From: Phyllobates terribilis | Taxonomy: Eukaryota | Reading direction: 5' to 3' | DNA: 64,000 bases | NCBI RefSeq assembly: GCF_046119375.1 | Contig: NW_027362764.1 | Coordinates: 707,606,001 to 707,670,000, forward strand | Shown: piece after piece, positions 36,177 through 46,010 of the stretch | Numbering within the stretch: the stretch's first letter is position 1 | Layout: each line of letters begins with the position of its first letter | Notes under the pieces: model-generated | The model's database searches: none | Seen by the model: only the letters and a program-made list of their open reading frames with translations | What the model was told of the DNA's origin: nothing | Made by a program: the position numbers and the translations under genes

Positions 36177-36983
36177 TCAAACGTGAACCTCATATTCTCG
36201 GTTGAGGCCATGAGGTTCCAATGTCTGAAGGGTAAAGATCCAGAATGCCTCCCTTTCTTTGAGCCTCTGGATCCTATTGCCCCCTCTTCTGCCCGGTGGA
36301 ACGTGGTCTATCACCTGGTAGCGTAATTGAGCAATAGAGTGATGATGGGCAAGGAAATGGTTAGGGATTGGTAATAAATTATATTTGCATCGAATAGTGG
36401 ATTTATGTTTGCTAATCCTATCTCTGATATGCTGTGTTGTTTCCCCCACATATCCTAGGCCGCATGGACACTTGATCAAATATACTACGAATGAGGAGTC
36501 ACAAGTGAAATAGCCCTTGATCGGGAACCTCTTGCCTGTCAGAGGGTGTGTAAATGAACTACCTCGGGTAATGTTAGAACATTGACGGCAGCCTAGGCAT
36601 GGGAAATTGCCTGAGGGTGGTGTCGATAATGTCGTCTGGTGTGTCCTTGGGTTAGAACTCCCAATGTCGGCCCGTACAAGTTTGTTCTTAAGGTTAAGAG
36701 GTCTTTTGTTACATACCATGACTGGCTCCTGAAAGTCCGGGATCTTGGGGTATGAATTGCTCAGTATTGGCCAATGAGTCCTAAGTATATCACGGATAAG
36801 GGTCTGGTACGGATGGTAGGTGTTAACAAAAGTCATGCGGTTTGTCTTGGGTGTCCGTTGTCGGGGGATAAGTGGTGGAAAAGCTATGGGAGGTGGGTAG
36901 CCTCTGTTGACAAATTTTTTTCCGATTTCCAAGTGTCGTAAGGTGCGTGAAGATGGATCCGAAACAATTCTACTGACCCTGGT
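36177..36983 (-). pseudogene. Mirror copy of the Penelope-like ORF fragment
   Basis: Identical translation on the opposite strand. Confidence 0.88.
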
Positions 36984-36993
36984 GTCACAACAC

Positions 36994-37800
36994 ACCAGGG
37001 TCAGTAGAATTGTTTCGGATCCATCTTCACGCACCTTACGACACTTGGAAATCGGAAAAAAATTTGTCAACAGAGGCTACCCACCTCCCATAGCTTTTCC
37101 ACCACTTATCCCCCGACAACGGACACCCAAGACAAACCGCATGACTTTTGTTAACACCTACCATCCCTACCAGACCCTTATCCGTGATATACTTAGGACT
37201 CATTGGCCAATACTGAGCAATTCATACCCCAAGATCCCGGACTTTCAGGAGCCAGTCATGGTATGTAACAAAAGACCTCTTAACCTTAAGAACAAACTTG
37301 TACGGGCCGACATTGGGAGTTCTAACCCAAGGACACACCAGACGACATTATCGACACCACCCTCAGGCAATTTCCCATGCCTAGGCTGCCGTCAATGTTC
37401 TAACATTACCCGAGGTAGTTCATTTACACACCCTCTGACAGGCAAGAGGTTCCCGATCAAGGGCTATTTCACTTGTGACTCCTCATTCGTAGTATATTTG
37501 ATCAAGTGTCCATGCGGCCTAGGATATGTGGGGGAAACAACACAGCATATCAGAGATAGGATTAGCAAACATAAATCCACTATTCGATGCAAATATAATT
37601 TATTACCAATCCCTAACCATTTCCTTGCCCATCATCACTCTATTGCTCAATTACGCTACCAGGTGATAGACCACGTTCCACCGGGCAGAAGAGGGGGCAA
37701 TAGGATCCAGAGGCTCAAAGAAAGGGAGGCATTCTGGATCTTTACCCTTCAGACATTGGAACCTCATGGCCTCAACCGAGAATATGAGGTTCACGTTTGA
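36994..37800 (+). pseudogene. Penelope-like ORF C-terminus (RT thumb remnant plus GIY-YIG endonuclease), 5'-truncated
   Basis: F..RGYP, C..C..C, VVYLIKCPCGLGYVGET, EREAFWI..LQTLEPHGLN; no genuine start codon. Confidence 0.88.
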
Positions 37801-39232
37801 GATACCTTCTCTTTTATTATCTTACCAATGTGGTTCCTTTGCTCTTCCCGAGGTTTATACAGGTAGATAGGTTTAATTTTACTTATTGCCCATGATTTTC
37901 GCTTTGTCTGTATTTCTTATATTATATTTTTACTTCTTTCACAGACCCTACATATTTGAACCGGATATATCCTTTTTGTCACTGTATATAATAATTTTCA
38001 TATTGCACCGGATCATTTATTATATTGCAGATGTTATGTGACATGCACTTTGTATAACATGTATTTCCCCTGTTTTCCTTTCACATTGCTATATATATAC
38101 ATTTCTATTATTCTATACATCCATTCCCCCCTCCCCCTTTCTCTCTCCCTACAGATACCGTCATATCCTTATTGTGTATGTCTTCCCTGCCTTCCCCTCT
38201 TATCATTTATTACTTTAATTTTTACTTTTATTCCTCTGTTTTGCCCCTTTTCTTTACCTATTTTTGGTCTTTTCTTCCCTTTTTTCTCCTCCCCCTTATC
38301 CAATTTTTACCCCCATTCTTTTGGTGCCTCTGCTCCCCCTGTCTCTTATTTCCTCTTTGAGGTTCCCTGCTCCTTTATTCATATCCCGCGCACGCGCCGC
38401 TGTGCCTTCATTCCTTCCTGTATTTCTCTCCCTTTTGACCGCGCGCATGCGCGTTTATGCGTTCCACGCCACCGGATGTTGCGTTCCACCTAACCGGAAG
38501 TTGCGTCCCCGCGCTCCGGAAGCAGGAAGCTTCACAGCACTTATAATACCGCCAACGCTCTAGATACTACACCACCAACGGCCGGACTTTTGCTCCATTT
38601 CCACATATAGGTAAGAGCCCTCTATGCGTGGCATCCCATATGTCCCCATAGTCTCCAGTTTTTACCCCCTTTCTTTACCCTCAGGTCTACCTACCTTACC
38701 CCGCAGGCAGGTCTCCTTGGCTATTCCCTCAGACTTCTGCATTTTTGACCTTCCCTCACTTAAGGCAAGTCATCTCTTGTGTTTGGATACTGGTTTTATT
38801 CTGACTACTGGTGTCTCATTTTCCCTTTGCCGTCTGTTTACAGCTATTTTGCCGGCTGATCCCCTGTTTTCCCTTACCACTACCAAGACTGGTTCTCTTT
38901 ATTTTCCCCTGAGTTTCTCCACTACCACTGGGATTTTCTCCCAGATATTAATCAGCGCGTAGCAACTAGGTATCCTTTTCCTTTTTATTTCTACATCAAT
39001 CCGTTCGTTTGTTCTGTATGCACATTGTTCCCCCTTCCTTTTACTCCCATTGTTCTCCCCGATTCCCCCCCCTTCTCTTTTCTCCCCCCCCCCCTACTCC
39101 CTTTCTTTCCCCCTTGTCTTGCTCCGTTCACATATGCCTATTTTGTTGTATATTACTCATTGTATCGTCTTTTATTTTGTGTCACACTTATGTCTTTATT
39201 TTGTTTATTTTCTGGTTTTGAAGCTCCTTTGA

Positions 39233-39273
39233 TGCCCCTGAGGAAAACCCCGTTGGGGTTGAAACGTTGGGCA
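39233..39273 (+). ncRNA. Minimal type I hammerhead ribozyme in the Penelope-like 3' region
   Basis: TGCCC-CTGAGGA-a-AACCCC(GTT)GGGGTT-GAAA-CGTT-GGGCA; stem III reduced to the palindrome AACGTT. Confidence 0.75.
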
Positions 39274-39920
39274 GGCAACTGTATACTGACTACTATATGA
39301 ACCAGTTTATGTTGGAGAAATAAAGCATCTATTATTTCATTACCTATATGAGACTTTTTCCATATTATTTGGTGTGCCGGAATCTTTATTTATACCAATG
39401 AAATGAAGTCCTGGAGCCCTAAGTGTTATGACAAGTGTTGTAACGGGCGCATTGCTGCTGTGGATAAAGGGGAATTACCTGTACCTATTCAGGATTTTTG
39501 GAAAGTTTTTTCTGAGGAGGAGTCGCAAATTTTGCCTCCCCATAGAGACTACGATTGTACCAATTTGTCCCTGGAGCGACTCTTCCTAAAAGTCGTTTAT
39601 TTAATCTGACTATTCCTGAGAGAAAGGCTTTGGAGGAATACATACAGACGAGCTTGGCCGCCGGTCATATCAGACCCTCTAAGTCACCTGTGGCGGTTGG
39701 ATTTTTTTTTGTTAAAAAAAAGGACGGCGGTTTACGTCCTTGTTTGGACTTTCGCGAGATTAATAAAATTACTGTACGCAATCCTTACTCACTGCCATTG
39801 ATTCCTGATTTGTTTAACCAGTTAGTGGGGGCCAAGTGGTTCTCTAAAATTGATCTCATACAATTTGTTGCGCATGAAGGAGGGTGATGAATGGAAGACT
39901 GCTTTTAACACTCCTGTGGG

Positions 39921-40882
39921 ACCTTCAGAGGGATTTGGATAAGCTGGGTAGGTGGAGCATTAAATGGCAAATGAGGTTTAACGAGGAGAAATGTAAGGTC
40001 ATACATATGGGAAGGAAAAATGGAAGTCACCAGTACTCACTGAATGGGAAATCATTGGGGAATTCAGAGATGGAGAAGGACTTGGGCATCTTGATTGATA
40101 GCAAACTAAATTGGAGTGCCCAAAGTCAGGCCGCTGCTGTAAGGGCAAACAGGGTAATGGGATGTATCAGAAGAGGTATAGCTGCAAAGGATGAGAACAT
40201 TGTTCTTCCACTGTACAAAGCACTGGTCAGACCACACTTGGAATACTGTGCTCAGTTATGGGCCCCAATATATAGAAAGGATATAAATGAGCTTGAAAAG
40301 GTACAAAGGAGGGCAACAAAATTAATAAAGGGAATGGAGGGACTGCAATACCCAGAGAGGTTGGCAAAACTAGGACTATTCAGCCTGGAAAAGAGAAGGT
40401 TGAGGGGGGACATAATAAATGTGTACAAATATGTTAGGGGACAGTATAGAGACCTTGCCCGGGATTTGTTCAAAAGGACGGATATTACGGTAACAAGAGG
40501 GCACTCACTAAGACTGGAAGAGAAAAGGTTTCAGCACCAGCATAGGAAGGGGTTCTTTACGGTAAGAGCAGTGAGAATATGGAATTCACTGAGTGAGGAG
40601 ACGGTAATGTCGGATTCACTACACCAGTTCAAGCGGGGACTGGATGCTTTTCTAGATACCAGGCAGATTTCTGCATATACTTAAAAATAGAATAAAATAG
40701 TAGGTTGATACAGGGATTTATTCTGACTGCTGGTTTCAGAGTCGGGAGGGAATTTTTCCTCAGGTGAAGATTGGCTAAATCATTTGGGGTTTTTGCCCTC
40801 CTCTGGATCAACTTTAGCAACTACAGAACTTACAGGTCGAACTTGATGGACGCAAGTCTTTATTCGGCTTTACAAACTATGT
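39921..40882 (+). mobile_element. 5'-truncated CR1 LINE inserted in the outer RT
   Basis: [42 protein letters not shown], stop at 40684; 3' end ACTATGT; host NTPVG|HFENL resumes after it; no clear TSD. Confidence 0.9.
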
Positions 40883-43236
40883 GTCATTTTGAGAATTTGG
40901 TTATGCCTTTTGGTCTTACCAATGCACCAGCATTTTTTCAGAATCTTATTAATGACATCCTTAGACCTTTGATCGGCAAAAATGTGGTTGTGTATTTGGA
41001 TGACATTTTGATTTATTCGCCTGACCTGGAGTCTCATTGGCGGAGCATACGTGAGGTATAGCAGTTATTGATTGACAATTCGCATTTTGCTAAGCTGGAG
41101 AAATGTGAGTTCACTGTACAGAGAATTAGTTTTTTGGGCTACATTATCTCCAGCGAGGGCTTTGAGATGGACCCGGTGAAAGTGCAAGCTGTGCAGGAAT
41201 GGCCTAGGCCTATTGGTTTGAAATCGATACAGAGGTTTTTGAGTTTCGCCAATTATTACAGAAAATTCATTAAAAAATTTTCTATTATTGTTAAACCACT
41301 GACCGATCTCACCAGGAAAGGTTCTAATACGGTTCAGTGGACTACTGAGGCCATTGAAGCTTTTGTGTTTCTAAAGGAGAGGTTCAGCTCTGCCCCCATC
41401 CTTATACAGCCTGATGTGACTAAGCCGTTTTTGGTTGAGGTTGATGCTTCTTCTGTGGGGGTCGGTGCGGTGTTGTCTCAGGAAAACAAGGATGGAGTAC
41501 ATCCCTGTGACTTTTTTTCTGAGACTGAACTTAATTACGATATTGGTAATCGGGAATTGCTGGCTATTAAACTCGCATTTGAACACTGGCGTCATCTCTT
41601 GGAAGGTGCTGATTTTCCCATTCAGGTTTTCACTGATCATAAAAATCTGATCTATCTTGATGCTGCCAAGCGCTTGAATGCCCGTCAGGCTAGGTGGGCA
41701 CTTTTTTTTTCGCGGTTTAATTTTTCTGTTACTTACATCCCGGGTACCAAGAATGTTAAACCTGATGCTTTGTCTCGCAGCTTTTCTCCCATGGTCGGTG
41801 CCGAGGAGGAGGAGAGCATTTTACAAGAAGATGTTGTGATTGCTGCATTGGACTCCGTTTTGGAAGATGAGATTCTTAAAGCCCAGGAGGATGCCCCATC
41901 TAACACTCCCCATGGGAGGTTGTTTGTGCCTAGGACCTTTAGGAGAGATTTGTTTGTTGAGTGTCATGAGTCTCGGTTGGCAGGTCATCCTGGAATTTCT
42001 GAGACCAAGAGACTTGTGGGTCGCAGTTTTTGGTGGCCTGGATGGCAGAAGGAGGTCATTAAGTGGGTGCGTCAATGTACTGTGTGTGCTAGATCTAAGT
42101 CTTCACATGCTCCTGCTGCGGGGTTGCTTTGCCCTCTGGAGGTTCCTAGTGCACCTTGGACACATCAGGCTATGAACTTTATTACTGACCTTCCCCTCTC
42201 TGAGGGTTTCACGGTCATCTGGGTGGTCGTGGACTGTTTTAGCAAGATGTGTCACTTGGTTCCCTTCATCAAACTGCCCTGCGCTAAGACACTCGCTAAG
42301 GCCTTTGTCAAGGAGATTGTCAGACTCCATGGTGTTCCTACTGACATTGTTTCTGATAGGGGACCTCAGTTCGTGGCTCATTTTTGGCGTGCCTTTTGTG
42401 ACGGGTTGGGAGTTCATTTGTCATTTTCATCTGGATATCATCCTGAGTCTAATGGCCAGACAGAAAGGAAGAACCAGGATGTTGAGCAGTTCTTGCGTTG
42501 TTTTGTGGCAGACAATCAAGAGGGGTGGTCTGAGTTTCTGCCGCTTGCTGAATTTGCTCTTAACAACCATACATCCTCTTCTGCTGGTTGTTCGCCTTTT
42601 TTTTGGTGTTCTGGGAGACATCCGTCTTTTGGGTCATTCTCCAAATTGGTATCGGCTGTGCCTGAGGAGGAGAGTTTTTCCGGTGATTTGGAAAGAGTTT
42701 GGACGGATGTGCGTGGTAATCTTCAGGAGGCTAACAAAAAATCTAAGAGGTACTTTGACAGGAAACGTCGAGAGGTTTTGTTTACGGTTGGTGACATGGT
42801 TTGGTTGTCCTCTAAGAATCTGCGGTTGAGGATTCCTTCTAAAAAATTGGGTCCCAAGTTTGTAGGGCCCTTTAAGGTGCTTCAGGTAGTTAACCAATCT
42901 GCTGTTAGGTTGGAGGTTCCTACCTCCTGGAAGATTAATCCGGTGTTTCATGTTTCTCTATTGAAAAAAGCTTATGTATCAGATAGAGACGCCACTGCCA
43001 CTGTTCCTCCGGTGGTGGAGGACGGGGAATATGAAATTTCCCGCAACCTTAATTCTAGACGGTATAGAAGGAGTTTGCAGTATCTCGTCGCTTGGAAGGG
43101 TTTCGGTCCCGAGGATAACTCATGGGTGAGGGCAGATGATGTTTCTGCTTCCAGACTTGTCAGAGCGTTTCACAAGAGGTTTCCTGATAAGCCTGGGCCT
43201 AGGGGATCCGGAGGATCCTCATAGAAGAGGGGGTAC

Positions 43237-43664
43237 TGTTAGAACTCTCCTGTTAGTTTTTTTCTATTATGCTGGTCACATGACCGTTTTTGCCTATTTA
43301 ATCCTGCTCCGCCCTTCTGGCCTTGCTGGACTTCATTGTAATTTCTACTCTTAAGTTAGCCAGGTGCTTTGTTACCTTTCTCAGTCAGTTTAGCTAGGTC
43401 TTTTGACCTCTATGTTCTATGTTGCTTGTTTGTTTGTCTTTTTACTGCTACAATTTCTGCTAGGAGGTGTCCATCTTTCTCCCAGTCCCTAGTTCTTGTA
43501 GGGATCCCTCCCTCACATCTATAGGTCTTTGTTCAGACTAGCTGAGGACTTTAGCGGGTCTGATCGCAGGATCAGGTTCCCCGTTACATCGTAGGGATCT
43601 AGCTTAGTTCTATTGTAGGGACAGATCTCCTGTCTTTCCTTAGTGCTTGTAGCAGGTCATAACA
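43237..43664 (+). repeat. Outer element 3' LTR
   Basis: Matches 27879-28302; followed by TSD ATAAC. Confidence 0.93.
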
Positions 43665-44288
43665 ATAACAATGCTGCAAAGTGCCTAAGTTAATATTAAG
43701 GTATTGTGTCCAAATAAATCCAATACACTGTGTCCAAAACAGCACCATACAATAAAGAATCTAATAAGAAGTTCAAATTATAGCAAGGAGGCTAAATTGC
43801 ATGTCTCATGGGCCTTTTGCAGGAGCTGATGTGTCGTGTTACCGCTCTTCCATTATTATTATTAAACATGATGTAGTAGGGCCTTTGTTAATAACCTGTG
43901 GGAGGAGAAAGGCGCCCATTACTGTGCCCACGTACCAGGACATAGAATTAGGGCAGCAAACTGAACCAATGTGCCAATGTAAGTAAAACCTAGCTAAGAA
44001 ACTGACTCCTATGTGTGATGTGACAATCTTCGATCCTGACCAGGCAAATATATTTATTTGGCATTCTTATGATCTTTACGTCATTGTGTAGGTTTGCTCA
44101 CACAATCCCAAAACATATCTCTTTCCTATAAAAATGGCTGTTTGTGTGCTTCACATTGATAAATTAGACCATGCACTTCACACTGGGTATAGGGACTGAT
44201 GTATATGATGACAATCTGTGATGAGCTGCAGAATATTTTGGTGATATATAAGAAAAAGCAAAATAACTAGATAAATGCTCTAAAGTAT

Positions 44289-44718
44289 TTAAAGGGAACC
44301 TGTCATCAGAAATAACGCTATTAACCTACAGATATGGGGTTAATCTGCAGGTTAACAGCGTTCTTATGCTGCCCAGCGCCTGCGTGCAGCCGAATGCAGC
44401 GGGGAGAAAATTAACTTTATTCTCCCTGCCAGCATTCGGTTTCAGTCATGGGGCACTGTGGTTTCAGTCATGGGGCACTGTGGGTTCAATCACTGCTCTA
44501 AGAATACAGAGCAGCAGCAGTAACTGTGCCCCCGGTCCTGCCTGACAGCCGGTCCCAATACAGAGGGAGTGTCAGGGTCGGGGGCACAGTTATAGCGGCT
44601 GCTGTGTATTCTCAGAGCTGTGTGCAGGCGCCGGGCAGCATAATAACGCTGTTAACCTGCAGATTAACCCCATATCTGCAGGTTAGTGGCGTTCTTTCTG
44701 GTGACAGGTTCCCTTTAA
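44289..44718. mobile_element. TTAA-ended T2/Kolobok-type MITE
   Basis: TTAAAGGGAACCTGTCA ... TGACAGGTTCCCTTTAA with extended inverted arms. Confidence 0.85.
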
Positions 44719-44916
44719 AGGGCATTTAAAGAGTGCTACCTAAAACAGAGAAAATGTATTCTCATCTCCTGAAATGGAACCGCTCCTCTTCACTGAGCCC
44801 TGTGTACCCCACCAGTCTAATGGCATAACTAATGTCACACGACAGCTTCAGATGATCAGTGGCAGTAGCCTTGCTGCAACGAACAGCTCCTTTAATGTTG
44901 CACACTGTTACAGGTA

Positions 44917-45168
44917 GGACAGCACAGTGGCTCAGTGGTTATCACTGCAGCGTTGAAGCACTGGGATCCTGGGTTCAAATGCCACGAAAGACATCTACAA
45001 GGAGTTTGTATGTTCTCCCCGTGTTTGCGTGGGTTTCCTTCTGGTTCTCCGGTTTCCTCCAAAGACATACTGATAGGGAATTTAACCAGAATGGGGACAG
45101 TGATGATAATGTCTGTAAGGCGCTGGGGAATTAATGGCGCTATATCAGCAAGGCATAATAAATAAATA
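44917..45168 (+). mobile_element. tRNA-derived SINE (V-SINE-like)
   Basis: A-box TGGCTCAGTGG, B-box GTTCAAATGC, core GTTCTCCCCGTGTTTGCGTGGGTTTCC, (AAAT)n tail. Confidence 0.8.
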
Positions 45169-45789
45169 TTGGTAAGTGGCTATTTCAGTTGCATATCTCT
45201 CTGCTTTGGTGTTAGAAAACTCCTAATACTTCCAGCAACAGCAATTAGAAAGTCACAATGTTTGCAATTAATACAACATAGCAAATAAGTACATAACTAG
45301 GGTCCAGGACTTTTCTAGACAAAAGACTGGTAGTAGGGAACATAACTGTACCATGAAATAATAAAAAAAGTTATCCAATTATTTTTGCATAATTGCAATA
45401 GTTTGGCAATTGTGAATCGCATGCCTTTCCTTAACCTACAGAGACCTTGACCTTTATTACGCCCATTATAATGATACCTTATTATGATAAATCATGACAG
45501 AGGCTCTTTTACACAATGTACCACCGAGTCCTGGTCATTAAAGAATATTCCACATGCAGAAAACATACGGCAGACAATAAGGATAAAAGTCCAGGCAGAA
45601 TGAGACATGTCCTCACCTTTATCTCATAGCCCATTCTCGTACCTGTGAAATGCGCACAGTCTTTGGAGGAGATCATTAGTAAGCATAACATTCAGTCTTA
45701 TAATGGTCATTTCTTATGTACAGATCATTATCTCAGGTGTCTCTGGATGATAGTATGTGCCTCATTAGCCACAATGGATAAGCACGGAT

Positions 45790-46010
45790 GTAGGGGCTGA
45801 GCTGCTAGAACAAAAGTTCTTCAGATGAGATAACAGGAAGGTTCCTATTTCCTTTGCGTTTTGGTGCCAGAACGGCAACTTTTTCAAGACGAAAACCCGA
45901 TGTTTTTGTCTTGAAAAAGATGCCTGCCTGGCACCAAAATGCATTGGCAATAAAAACATTCCTGTTATCTTGTCTGAAGAACTTTCATTCCAGTAGCGCA
46001 GTCCCTCCAT
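45790..46010. repeat. Degenerate palindrome of about 220 bp
   Basis: Core 45814-45984 with paired blocks AAGTTCTTCAGA, GATAACAGGAA, TTTTGGTGCCAG and TTTTTCAAGAC around a 5-nt loop. Confidence 0.8.

Larger units (their letters stand above)
34516..39392. mobile_element. 5'-truncated Penelope-like element duplicated as a head-to-head palindrome
   Basis: Arms 34587-36985 and 36992-39392, 6-nt spacer CACAAC, 71-nt extra tail on the left; 17-bp TSD TACCAATGAAATGAAGT at 34499-34515 and 39393-39409. Confidence 0.92.
28353..43224 (+). pseudogene. gag-pol: Outer gag-pol in pieces (28353-29010, 33982-34515, 39410-39920, 40883-43224)
   Basis: Gag, CFYCGKSDHFIKNC knuckle, VDCGST protease, YLDD RT, RNase H, integrase and chromodomain, colinear with the inner ORF; frameshifts and a stop at 41059-41061. 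Confidence 0.92.
27879..43664 (+). mobile_element. Outer Ty3/Gypsy chromovirus interrupted by three insertions
   Basis: LTRs 27879-28302 and 43237-43664 (about ten differences by eye); perfect 5-bp TSD ATAAC; PPT AGAAGAGGGGG; about 4959 bp remain after removing the inserts, versus 4966 bp for the intact sibling. Confidence 0.95.

Noticed and set aside
36907-36991. N-terminus of the 297-aa GIY-YIG ORFs
   Set aside because: Antisense read-through of the opposite arm from a TTG codon, not a real start
34516-39392. Palindrome as an assembly artefact
   Set aside because: Not favoured: 17-bp TSD, asymmetric 71-nt tail and arm differences argue it is real, though read-level confirmation is still needed
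39884-40684. 266-aa ORF as a fusion gene
   Set aside because: Out-of-frame Gypsy bases joined to a truncated CR1 ORF2 lacking the catalytic core
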